A stretch of DNA of 41,790 nucleotides from Candidatus Alistipes merdipullorum (GCA_019120095.1 DWVU01000115.1:1-41790); one strand, 5' to 3'. Positions 9,619 to 18,648 are shown, counted from the first letter of the stretch. The notes: a model not told the origin generated them from the sequence alone. Numbers and translations: made by a program.

Positions 9619-9653
9619 CAAATTTAGCGAATAAATCTGTAAGGAAGTTGAAA
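9619..9653 (-). promoter_or_regulatory. Promoter and putative autoregulatory box of the response regulator
   Basis: Minus strand TTTCAACTTCCTTACAGATT-N7-TAAATTTG-N4-ATG. Confidence 0.62.
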
Positions 9654-9840
9654 CGGGGGCTCGCGTGTGTCGTTTTTTTAGACCTTGGGACTTACCTTAC
9701 ACAGCGGCCGGCAGATCGTATGCAAAAGATATTGTGGAAAATAAATATATGTGCCGATGGCGTATTTCGGCAATTTTTAGTATCTTTACGGAAAAGCCGC
9801 GCGGCAGGGACGTGTGTCGGCACCGCGGCTGAACCTTCCT

Positions 9841-11658
9841 ATGACGAAAATTTCGGAAAAGATATCTACGGCTCTGTTCGGGACGGTGCTTGCGGCCGCC
9901 CTCTTCCTCTATCTATATCTGCGGCACGGCTATGTGTTCCCCTTCATCGAGCAGAACCGCATGTTCCTATGGGACGGCGACTGGGTGTTGCGGCGCATGG
10001 CCGAGTGCGGAGGCACGGCGGCCGTGGCGCGCGACTTTGTGCTGCAGTTCTTCATCGAGCCGTGGAGCGGCGCCCTCATTACGGCGCTCCTTCTTGCGGC
10101 CGTGGGCGTTACGATGCGGCGGACACTGGAGCGTGTGGCTGCGGATAACGGAGCGTGGCTGTTGTGGCTGGCGCCCGTGGCGGCGCAGATATTCCTTACG
10201 GTCGACTACGACTACCGTTACGAGGGCCTTTTGTCGTGGCTTGCGGCGTGGGGGCTCTTCTCGATAATGGTACGCGTGGGCGGCGGCACCGCCTTGCGTG
10301 TTGCTGTGGCGACGGCCCTGAGCGTCGTTCTCTACTGGCTTGCGGGGCCTGCGGCCATAGCATTTGCCGTGACGTTGTTCGTATATGAAGCGATGTGCGG
10401 CCACAAACGATGGTGGTATCTGCTGCCCGTGGCGGCGGCTCTGGCAATGGCTCTGGCGGCATACGGTCGCGGCTGGTACGGAACGTTGGCGCGTGCCTTT
10501 ACACCCGAAGCCTATTGGAACCCGATGGTGCCCGCCTCGTCGTGGGTGTGGGCTGCGTGGGTGGCGATGCCGGTAGCCGTTGCCGTGGTGCGGCCTCTGG
10601 CGGCGTTGCGGCACAGGGCGGGGACGATGTTGCGGCGCGGGGCTGTCGTTGTGGTGCAGGCGGCGGCCGTGGCTGTGATCGCAGTTGCGGCGGCGCACGG
10701 CGAGAGATACTACATGCAGCAGGATACGAGGCTGTTCGAACGTCTGGATTATCTCATGCGCCGCGGTGCGTGGGACGATGTGATAGCGACGGTGGCGGCA
10801 AGCGGCGGGGAGAATACGCTCCACTGCTTCATGCTCAATACGGCGCTTCTGGAGCGCGGCGAGCTTGCGGCGCGTGCCTTTACCTTCCCGCAGCGCGGGC
10901 TTGAGGGGCTCTCGATCGACTGGAGCGACAATAACCCGTTCCTTTTCCCGCTGTTGAGCGACATGTACTATGCCGTGGGTAATGTCTCGATTGCGCAGGA
11001 GACAGCCTTCAAGAAGAACAGCGAGGCGTTGGCCGTCAACGGCAGCTGCAACCCGCGCATGCTGCTGCGTCTGGTGCAGACGTTCCTTGCCGGCGGCGGC
11101 CGCAGCGGCCACGCCGCGGCCGAGAAGTATATCTCGATGCTGGAGCACACGCTCTTCTATCGTGACGCGGCGTCCGTGTACCGCTGTATGGTGGGTGATG
11201 ACGGTGTCGTTGCGGCCGATGCGCGTCTGTGTGCCGAGCGGGAGAATATGTCGAACATAGCCGTCGTCTATGCCGCCGAGCGGGATGCCTCGCAGCTCTC
11301 GCGTTTGAAACCTAACGCCCTTGTCGGACGTACGGTTGAACACCTGCTCACGGGACGCCTTCTGAACCGCGATCTGGAGGGTTTCCGTGCCGCCGTGGAC
11401 GGATGCCGCGCGGCGGGTGTGATGCCCGCGGTGGAGTGTTTCGAGGAGGCGCTGCTCATATACGGCGCCATGACGGGCCGCGACATGAGCGGCTACGATA
11501 TCTCGGAGCAGACGCGCCGCCGTTTCCTCGCATTCCAGAGCTTCGCCGCCGAGAATTACGCACGCAGCGATCTGGCGGCTCTCATGCGCCGCAACTATGG
11601 CGGCACGTATATGTATTACTTCATGTTCGCAGGTGAGGAGCCTGCCGGTAAACGATGA
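9841..11658 (+). CDS. DUF6057-like polytopic membrane protein with soluble helical C-terminal domain
   Basis: Many hydrophobic segments in the N-terminal half, EQNRMFLW and GGTA motifs, C-terminal YGGTYMYYFMF; start trimmed to ATG 9841; family name from recall. Confidence 0.75.
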   Translation: MTKISEKISTALFGTVLAAALFLYLYLRHGYVFPFIEQNRMFLWDGDWVLRRMAECGGTAAVARDFVLQFFIEPWSGALITALLLAAVGVTMRRTLERVAADNGAWLLWLAPVAAQIFLTVDYDYRYEGLLSWLAAWGLFSIMVRVGGGTALRVAVATALSVVLYWLAGPAAIAFAVTLFVYEAMCGHKRWWYLLPVAAALAMALAAYGRGWYGTLARAFTPEAYWNPMVPASSWVWAAWVAMPVAVAVVRPLAALRHRAGTMLRRGAVVVVQAAAVAVIAVAAAHGERYYMQQDTRLFERLDYLMRRGAWDDVIATVAASGGENTLHCFMLNTALLERGELAARAFTFPQRGLEGLSIDWSDNNPFLFPLLSDMYYAVGNVSIAQETAFKKNSEALAVNGSCNPRMLLRLVQTFLAGGGRSGHAAAEKYISMLEHTLFYRDAASVYRCMVGDDGVVAADARLCAERENMSNIAVVYAAERDASQLSRLKPNALVGRTVEHLLTGRLLNRDLEGFRAAVDGCRAAGVMPAVECFEEALLIYGAMTGRDMSGYDISEQTRRRFLAFQSFAAENYARSDLAALMRRNYGGTYMYYFMFAGEEPAGKR

Positions 11659-13136
11659 TGAAACGCCTTGTCACATATATATTTATATCGGCCTTGGCGG
11701 CTGTGCTCGCAGCCTGCGGCGGCCGTGTGGCGGAGAGGTCGCCTTCGGCCCCGCACATCTTTCCCGACTATGCCGACGTCACGGTGCCGGTGAATATCGC
11801 GCCTCTGAATTTCCGTCTCGACGGATTCGACGGGCGTGCCCGCGCGAGGTTGGAGGCGGGTGCCGAGCATATCACGGTATCGACACGCGACGGGGCGTTC
11901 CGTCTGCCGCAGCGCGGCTGGCGGCGTCTGTGCTCTGCGGCCGTTGCCGCCGGCGGTGATATATCGGTTACTGTCGAGGCCCGCGACGGGGATGGCGTGT
12001 GGCGGCGTTATGCCCCCTTTGTGATACGCGTCTCGGAAGATGAGATAGACCCATATATGGTGTATCGCCTTATCGAACCCGGATACGAGACTTGGGGCGA
12101 GATGGGGATATACCAGCGTTGTCTGGAGACATTCCGCGAAGAGCCTGTTATCGAGACCTCGTCGGCCGGGTACGGGTGTATAAATTGCCACACCTTCCGT
12201 TCGCAGGATCCCGACATGATGCTCTTCCACATGCGTCAGACGCATGCCGGAACTATGCTTCTGCGCGAGGGGCGCATCGAGCGTCTGAATACGGCCACCG
12301 ACAGCACCATATCCTCGACGGTATATCCGTCGTGGCACCCGTCGGGACGATATATCGCCTTCTCGGTCAACGCGACAAAACTCATAACGCTGCCCGACGA
12401 GAGCAACCGTGTGGAGGTCTTCGACAGCGCCTCGGACGTGGTGGTCTACGATACCGAACGTCACGAGCTCTACTCCGTGCCGGAGCTTATGCGCGGCGAC
12501 CGTTTCGAGACCTTTCCTTCGTTTTCGCCAGCAGGAGACAAGCTCTACTTCTGTACGGCCGATTCGGTCGAGATGCCCGCACGCTACAAAGAGGCGCGTT
12601 ACAGCCTTTGCAGCATCGGTTTCGATGCCGCCTTGGGGCGTCTCGGACGGGATGTGGATACACTCTGCAACGCCCGCACGACAGGGCGCAGCGTCTCGTT
12701 CCCGCGCGTCTCGCCCGACGGGGCCTTCATGCTGTATGCGCTGTCGGATTACGGTACATTCTCTATATGGCACCGCGACGCCGACCTGCGCATGATCGAC
12801 CTGCGCAGCGGCCGCGAGGTGGAGACCTCGGCTGTGAACAGCCCCGAGGCCGAGAGTTACCACTCGTGGAGCAGCAACAGCCGCTGGATCCTCTTCAACA
12901 GCCGCCGTGTGGACGGGCTCTATACGCATGTCTACATGGCCCACGTATCGGATGACGGCACCCTCTCGAACCCGTTCCTGCTGCCGCAGCGCGATCCCGA
13001 CTTCTACCGTACCTTCATGAAGTCGTATAACATACCGGAATTTGTCCGCGGCCGCGTCACCGTCCCAGAGCGACGTATCGTCTCGGCGGCCGAGCGGCAG
13101 CCGGCCGTGACGGTATCGTTCCGCATGCAGGAGTGA
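11655..13136 (+). CDS. TolB-like (PD40 repeat) beta-propeller lipoprotein with a CxxCH motif
   Basis: Lipobox LAAC; IFPDY..VTVP.NIAPLNF; GCINCHTF; PD40-like repeats YPSWHPSG, FPSFSPAG, FPRVSPDG, YHSWSSNS; ATGA overlap with the upstream gene. Confidence 0.85.
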   Translation: MMKRLVTYIFISALAAVLAACGGRVAERSPSAPHIFPDYADVTVPVNIAPLNFRLDGFDGRARARLEAGAEHITVSTRDGAFRLPQRGWRRLCSAAVAAGGDISVTVEARDGDGVWRRYAPFVIRVSEDEIDPYMVYRLIEPGYETWGEMGIYQRCLETFREEPVIETSSAGYGCINCHTFRSQDPDMMLFHMRQTHAGTMLLREGRIERLNTATDSTISSTVYPSWHPSGRYIAFSVNATKLITLPDESNRVEVFDSASDVVVYDTERHELYSVPELMRGDRFETFPSFSPAGDKLYFCTADSVEMPARYKEARYSLCSIGFDAALGRLGRDVDTLCNARTTGRSVSFPRVSPDGAFMLYALSDYGTFSIWHRDADLRMIDLRSGREVETSAVNSPEAESYHSWSSNSRWILFNSRRVDGLYTHVYMAHVSDDGTLSNPFLLPQRDPDFYRTFMKSYNIPEFVRGRVTVPERRIVSAAERQPAVTVSFRMQE

Positions 13137-13170
13137 TGATGCTGGTATTCGCGACGACGTATCGGTATTG

Positions 13171-13216
13171 AAACACAGCGGGCCGCCCTTTTCTTAAGGG
13201 GCGGCCCGCCGTGTTT
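13171..13216. terminator. Bidirectional terminator between convergent genes
   Basis: AAACAC-A-GCGGGCCGCCC...GGGCGGCCCGC-C-GTGTTT inverted repeat. Confidence 0.8.
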
Positions 13217-13227
13217 CCGTTGCGCGG

Positions 13228-14649
13228 CTACTCGTCATAGCTGCTGTTGTCCCAGCAGTGTGTGCAGAGATCCTCCTTCGGGAGGCCTATGGCCTCGACC
13301 AGATCGTCCAGACGCTGGAACTTGAGCGAGGTGAGCTGCAGGTGGCGGCACATTATGTCGACCATCTCCTTGTGCTTGGGGTTGTCGGGGTCGGCATACT
13401 GCTCGAATACCGAGTCGGGTATATCCTCCGTACCCTCCATGTCGCGTATGACGCGGCGCGTGTAGAGGTCGTATGTACTGCGCGAGGTCGAGAAGTTGAG
13501 GAAGCGGCAGGGGAAGATCAGCGGCGGGCAGGCTATGCGCATGTGTATCTCCTTGACGCCGGCGTCGAGCAGCTTGACGACATTGTCCTTGAGCTGCGTG
13601 CCGCGCACGATGCTGTCATCCATGAAGACTATCTTCTGGCCGTGTGTGAAGCGGCTGTTGGGCAGCAGCTTCATCTTGGCCACCAGATCACGTCGTTTCT
13701 GGTCCTGCGGCATGAAACTGCGGGGCCACGTGGGGGTATATTTGACGAACGGACGTTTGTACGGGATTCGTTTCTCGTTCGAGTAGCCTATGGCGTGTCC
13801 GACGCCAGAGTCGGGGATGCCGGCGGCGAAGTCGGGCTCGATGTCTGTGTCGCGTTTGGCCATTGCGGCGCCGCAGCGGTAGCGGCAGTCCTCGACGTTG
13901 ACGCCCTCGTACCATGCCGAGGGGTATCCGTAGTAGACCCACAGGAATGAACATACCTGCTTGCGGCGTCCCGGGGGCGTCACCTGACGCACGCCGTCGG
14001 CCGTGAGCTGTACGATCTCGCCCGGGCCGAGGTCGCGCACGAAGCTGTAACCCAGATTGTCGAAACTCGAACTCTCGCTGGCGCAGATATACCCTTTGTC
14101 GTTCTTGCCTATGGTGATGGGGGTGCGGCCGAAGCGGTCGCGGGCGGCATATATGGCGCGGTCGGTGAGTACGAGCATCGAGCACGAACCCTTGACCTTG
14201 CGCTGTACCAGTTCGATACCCTCCTTGAGCGACTTGCCCTGACCGATGAGTATGGCTACCAGCTCGGTCGCGTTGATAGACGAGTCGGAGAGTTCGGCGA
14301 AGTGGTTGCCCTGAGCGAGCAGTTCACGCGTGAGCTCCTCGATGTTGTCGATGCGGGCGACGGTAACCACGGCATAGCGGCCCAGCGGCGAGGTGATGAT
14401 TATGGGTTGGGCCTCGCTGTCGGAGATGACGCCTATGCCCATATTCGCCGAGGCGAACTTGGACAGTTCGCTCTCGAACTTGTTACGGAAGTATCCGTCC
14501 TCGAGCGAGTGGATCGACCTCATGAATTTGCCTTTGGCGACGAAAGCCATACCGGCGCGTTTGGTACCCAGATGCGAGTGGTAGTCGGTACCGTAGAAGA
14601 CTTCGTTCACGCACTCGTCTCGCGATATGCAGCCCAAAAAACCTGACAT
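13228..14649 (-). CDS. purF: Amidophosphoribosyltransferase, variant lacking the N-terminal catalytic Cys
   Basis: MSGFLG...YGTDYHSHLGTKRAG; RDRFGRTP; PDSG; PRPP loop MDDSIVRGT; Fe-S-type cysteines (CSF, CPP...PC, CTHCW); start trimmed to ATG 14649. Confidence 0.88.
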   Translation of the reverse strand: MSGFLGCISRDECVNEVFYGTDYHSHLGTKRAGMAFVAKGKFMRSIHSLEDGYFRNKFESELSKFASANMGIGVISDSEAQPIIITSPLGRYAVVTVARIDNIEELTRELLAQGNHFAELSDSSINATELVAILIGQGKSLKEGIELVQRKVKGSCSMLVLTDRAIYAARDRFGRTPITIGKNDKGYICASESSSFDNLGYSFVRDLGPGEIVQLTADGVRQVTPPGRRKQVCSFLWVYYGYPSAWYEGVNVEDCRYRCGAAMAKRDTDIEPDFAAGIPDSGVGHAIGYSNEKRIPYKRPFVKYTPTWPRSFMPQDQKRRDLVAKMKLLPNSRFTHGQKIVFMDDSIVRGTQLKDNVVKLLDAGVKEIHMRIACPPLIFPCRFLNFSTSRSTYDLYTRRVIRDMEGTEDIPDSVFEQYADPDNPKHKEMVDIMCRHLQLTSLKFQRLDDLVEAIGLPKEDLCTHCWDNSSYDE

Positions 14650-14667
14650 AAACGAAAATGTTTTGTA

Positions 14668-14784
14668 CGGCGGCATCCTCTTCTTGACGAGGCGGATGCG
14701 CCGGCGGTTAAGTATGTATGTAGTAACAATTATCCCGGGATGATACAATCCCTTCGGCGGAGGTCTCTCCACAACTCTGCCTAA
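14668..14784 (-). ncRNA. Candidate structured cis-regulatory leader RNA (riboswitch-like) upstream of purF
   Basis: Three-way junction AGUUGU / GGAG-AGAC-CUCC / GCCGAA / GGGAU-UGUAUC-AUCCC / GGG / AUAAUU (14776-14728), starting just downstream of a -7-like TATCTTCG (14792-14799); second hairpin at 14668-14703. Confidence 0.55.
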
Positions 14785-14856
14785 CGGTGCACGAAGATAC
14801 GAATTTTTGTCGAATCGGCCGCCGCCGGTGCGGGTTTAATTGCTGTTTTATAAATG

Positions 14857-16227
14857 TCAGTTGTCGAGATACTCTATCTGCATGTCGTAGCTCCACTGCG
14901 TGAAGTAGAGGTTTCCGCCGCGCCACTCGACCTCGCCGCGCTGGAAATCGACCGTTTCGCTGCGGGGATAGCGTTTGGCGGGGTGGAGGGGCATGCCGTA
15001 GTCGTTGTTGACTACCATGCGCCACGAGTCGATGCCGCCAAGGAAGAAGCGACGCTCGGCGTCGCTGCGCGCATAGTCGGGTATGCCGAACGACTGGTCG
15101 ACGGGGACCCATCCCGTGCCCTCGATGTATATCTCGGCCCAGTCGTGGAGGTTCCACGCCCCGGGGTGCATCATGAAGCCGCTCTGGAATCGGGCCGGTA
15201 TGCCGCTTATGCGGCAGAGGGTGATGAAGAGCAGGCTCACCTGCCCGCAGTCGCCGTGTCCGTTGTCGACCACATATTCGGGTATGTTGTCGATGGTGGA
15301 GTATTCGCGCGCCGAGGCCCACGGATAGTGTTCGCAGATGTATCGGAAGATCCGTTCGGCCTTCTGCGCGGGTGTGGCGGCATCGCCTGCGATGCGTGCG
15401 GCAAGGGCGCGCAACCGCGGCGTGAAGCGTATGTGACGCTCGCGCTCGGATGTGTACTCGCGGTATACGGCCGACGTGGTGTCGTACGGGAGCGACTCGA
15501 TTGACTGCAGGTCATGCCGCTCGCCCGCGGAGGTGTATTCGAATGTCTCGCTGAAGATCGCAGGCTCTCCCGCAACGGCCTTCCGCTCCATGTAGAGCGT
15601 GCTGTGGCGGCACTCGTCGGGGGCGATGGTGTAGTCGTGCTCGCTCGTCGACAGAAGCTGCACGTCGTTCTGGCGGGCTACGTCGCGCCGCGGATATGGC
15701 AGCCAGCAGCGTATGGTCTCGCCCGCAGGCACGGCATCCGCCGCGACTGTGAGCGTATAGGTCACGCGCATGCGCTTCGGTGCGGCTATGGGTGCGTCGT
15801 CGGTGGCGGCGGATATAATCTCCGGAATGTTTTTGAGGTTTGCCCGCTCGCTGCTGCTGTGTTCGACGCCGTCTGCCGCCTGCTTTATGGCCCGGCACTG
15901 CGGGTCGATACGGAAGAGGTTGCGCGCGGCGGCATGGAAGTAGTGCCGCGTGCCGTCGATAACCATACACTCCAACGCCCCCGAAGCCTCCCATGCGCGC
16001 ATCTGCGCGGCCGTAAGGTCGGGTATGTAGCGGCGGATGTATTCGGTGACCTGCTCCTCCGTGGCGCTGAAATCGACAGCCAGACGCTGCCGCAGATCAT
16101 CCTCCCAACGGTATGCGGGAGTCTCGGCCGCCACGTCGGGCTGTGTGGATGTTACGGAGCCGCAGGCCGCAGAGAGGAATATTGCCGCCGCGGCGACGAG
16201 ATATCTCGGATTGAGGGTGTGGCGCAT
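14857..16227 (-). CDS. Transglutaminase-like domain lipoprotein
   Basis: Start trimmed to ATG 16227 (MRHTLNPRYLVAAAAIFLSAAC lipobox); Cys-His-Asp triad motifs GDCGQ, HDWAEIY, WVPVDQS. Confidence 0.88.
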   Translation of the reverse strand: MRHTLNPRYLVAAAAIFLSAACGSVTSTQPDVAAETPAYRWEDDLRQRLAVDFSATEEQVTEYIRRYIPDLTAAQMRAWEASGALECMVIDGTRHYFHAAARNLFRIDPQCRAIKQAADGVEHSSSERANLKNIPEIISAATDDAPIAAPKRMRVTYTLTVAADAVPAGETIRCWLPYPRRDVARQNDVQLLSTSEHDYTIAPDECRHSTLYMERKAVAGEPAIFSETFEYTSAGERHDLQSIESLPYDTTSAVYREYTSERERHIRFTPRLRALAARIAGDAATPAQKAERIFRYICEHYPWASAREYSTIDNIPEYVVDNGHGDCGQVSLLFITLCRISGIPARFQSGFMMHPGAWNLHDWAEIYIEGTGWVPVDQSFGIPDYARSDAERRFFLGGIDSWRMVVNNDYGMPLHPAKRYPRSETVDFQRGEVEWRGGNLYFTQWSYDMQIEYLDN

Positions 16228-16238
16228 GGTATGTGGTG

Positions 16239-17414
16239 TTAATGTTGTTCCGAAATGAGTTCTACGCCTATGCCCGGGCGGTCGGGGATGGTTATCTTGC
16301 CGTCGATGACCTCCATGCCGCGGAAACGGTCGTTGGCGATGAGCAGGTTGCCGTCCAGATCGGCGAAGTCGACGGCGGGGGAGAGCTGTGCCGCCGCCGA
16401 GCAGGCACACGAGGTCTCGGTCATGCACCCTACCATGACCTTCATGCCGAGGGCACGTGCCAGCGTGAGCATCTTCCACGCCTCGCGCATGCCCGTGCAC
16501 TTCATCAGCTTGATGTTGATGCCGGTATATATACCCTTCATTGCGGCCACGTCGCCCAGACGCTGTATGGCCTCGTCGGCGAAGACGGGAAGGGGGCTTT
16601 GCTGCGTCACCCACGCCATGTCGTCGCGCTGCTCGCGCGGCATGGGCTGCTCGACCATGACCACACCCTGCTCCTTGAGCCAGAGGATCATGTCGAGGGC
16701 CTGACGTCGGTCTTTCCACCCCTGATTGGCATCGACGGCTATCGGCAGGTCGGTCTCCGAACGTATGGTCTCGATCATGAGTTTGTCGTTCTCGCCGCCG
16801 AGCTTCACCTTGAGGATGTTGAAGCGGTCGGCACACTCGCGTGTCTTCTGCCGTACGACTTCGGGGGTGTCGATGCCTATGGTGAATGTTGTCGAGGGGG
16901 CCTTCTGCCTGTCCAGACCCCAGAGACGGAACCACGGTGCCCCGAGCAGCTTGCCCGTAAGGTCGTGCAGGGCGATGTCGACGGCGGCCTTGCCTGCGGC
17001 AACACCCTCCGAGAGGGGGTCGATGCGGGCGAGGATATCCTCCGTACGGAAGGGATCGTCGAACTCGTCGAGTACGGTCTGCGCCTTTTGCAGGAAGGCC
17101 GCGACGCTCTGCGGCGATCCCAGCTCGCGCTGCAGGTATGGCGGCATCGAGGCCTCGCCGTATCCCGTCACGCCGTCGTATTCGATCTCGACCTGTATGT
17201 CGGGTGTCGTCGAGCGCGAATATGTGGCTACGGTGAAGACATGCCGCAGTTTGAGTTCGTATGGAAAGAACCGCAGACGCATGCGGGTGCCGCGGCCGCG
17301 GTTGATGTTGAATATGTTGCGCGGAGTGTTGTCGCGGGCCACGGCGTCGAGGCCGAGGCCGGCGCCTGCCGCAAGGCAGGCCATCGTCTTGAGAAACTCT
17401 TTTCGTGTTGGCAT
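16239..17414 (-). CDS. L-Ala-D/L-Glu dipeptide epimerase (enolase superfamily, YkfB-like)
   Basis: KVKLG, VDANQGW, VEQP, ADE, NIKLMKCTG, GCMTET and DLDG motifs; Tat-like N-terminus. Confidence 0.92.
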   Translation of the reverse strand: MPTRKEFLKTMACLAAGAGLGLDAVARDNTPRNIFNINRGRGTRMRLRFFPYELKLRHVFTVATYSRSTTPDIQVEIEYDGVTGYGEASMPPYLQRELGSPQSVAAFLQKAQTVLDEFDDPFRTEDILARIDPLSEGVAAGKAAVDIALHDLTGKLLGAPWFRLWGLDRQKAPSTTFTIGIDTPEVVRQKTRECADRFNILKVKLGGENDKLMIETIRSETDLPIAVDANQGWKDRRQALDMILWLKEQGVVMVEQPMPREQRDDMAWVTQQSPLPVFADEAIQRLGDVAAMKGIYTGINIKLMKCTGMREAWKMLTLARALGMKVMVGCMTETSCACSAAAQLSPAVDFADLDGNLLIANDRFRGMEVIDGKITIPDRPGIGVELISEQH

Positions 17415-17451
17415 CGTTCGGGTATTTTATGTGTGGCGCTCGTGTGGGCGG

Positions 17452-18648
17452 TCAGAAGTTGTAGTAGGGATTGTGCGGCGTTGTCTGCAGCTGCGGCATG
17501 CGGTCTATGTACGGGAGTATGCGCACGGCAAAGAGCAGTCGCGAGAGGTTGTAGCTGTCGAAGAGCTCGTCCCGCTCATCGAGGCTGTTCGTACGCACGT
17601 CGCCCTGCGAGTGTATGAACCGCCCGCCGCCGATGTATATGGCGACGTGCACGACCCTCTCGCGCGATGTGGCCGTGGCCTTGTGCCCGAAGAGTAGCAG
17701 ATCCCCCGCCTCTAAGTTCGAGAGGTCGGGCGCGATCTCTATGCGGCGGCCCGTGAGGGCCTGCTGCGAGGCGTCGCGCGGGATGATGATGTCGTGCATG
17801 TATAGTACCGTGCGGACGAAGCCGCTGCAATCCATGCCTTTGGACGATGTGCCGGCCCAGAGGTAGGGTACGCCCGTGAGGGCCTGTGCCGTAGCTGTGA
17901 TGGCGGCGGCATCCTGCCGCAGCGAGGCGCGCCACTCTGCTTCGGGCTTGGCATCGGCGAGGGCTACGTAGCCCTCGCGGCCGTCGGGATATTCTACCTT
18001 GTAGAAGCGGCCCTTGCGCCCTTTGAGCAGCAGGCGGTCTCCGGCTACAATGTCCGATACCGTCGGCGCATCGTCGCGCGGCTCTGCGTGCACGAATCCG
18101 TAGTGTGACGTTATGACAGCCTTCTGCGCGGCGTTCCATTCATGCATACGCCCGGCATCCATACGTTCGATGGCAGCGGGGTGTACCCATGCAATATAGT
18201 CGTCGGGAGTCTGTATGAGATACCATCCGTCGTAGTCGAGTACCCGTACGGGCATTCCCATGAGTGCCTGCGACACCATCTCGGCCGAGAAGTCGCCCGT
18301 CGAGCGCATGTTGCATACCGACAGCCGCACCACGGCGAGCGTGTCGGCGCCGAGCCTGCTGTCGGGGAGCGTGCGCATGCACTCCACGGCATCATATCCA
18401 GCCTTGCCGAGGGCGTTGTACAGTGCCGCGAGGCATGCGGCCGATGTTGTGCGGCCGCGTACCATGACTCTCTTCCCGGCAAAGGTGTAGTCGACATCGA
18501 AGATGGCCGTGCGGCCGTCGGGAGCGTAGATGCTGCGCAGGGAGTCTGTCAGGAGCCGTACGTCGGCGGGGATTGTCTCACGTGACTGTGCCGCGGCGCA
18601 GAGCGAGACGAGAGTAAACAGCAGAGATGTTATTATTCGGATTTTCAT
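17452..18648 (-). CDS. NlpC/P60 gamma-D-glutamyl-diamino acid endopeptidase with SH3b domains (YkfC-like)
   Basis: Signal peptide; PYLWAG..KGMDCSGF, PRDASQQ, GDLLLFG, HVAIY..FIHS; TAACTTTG -7 element at 18673-18680. Confidence 0.92.
   Translation of the reverse strand: MKIRIITSLLFTLVSLCAAAQSRETIPADVRLLTDSLRSIYAPDGRTAIFDVDYTFAGKRVMVRGRTTSAACLAALYNALGKAGYDAVECMRTLPDSRLGADTLAVVRLSVCNMRSTGDFSAEMVSQALMGMPVRVLDYDGWYLIQTPDDYIAWVHPAAIERMDAGRMHEWNAAQKAVITSHYGFVHAEPRDDAPTVSDIVAGDRLLLKGRKGRFYKVEYPDGREGYVALADAKPEAEWRASLRQDAAAITATAQALTGVPYLWAGTSSKGMDCSGFVRTVLYMHDIIIPRDASQQALTGRRIEIAPDLSNLEAGDLLLFGHKATATSRERVVHVAIYIGGGRFIHSQGDVRTNSLDERDELFDSYNLSRLLFAVRILPYIDRMPQLQTTPHNPYYNF

Noticed and set aside
16228-16935. 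Apparent 692-aa transglutaminase fusion in the ORF track
   Set aside because: The extension overlaps the epimerase in another frame and is low-complexity Arg/Gly/His-rich; a lipoprotein signal begins at ATG 16227.
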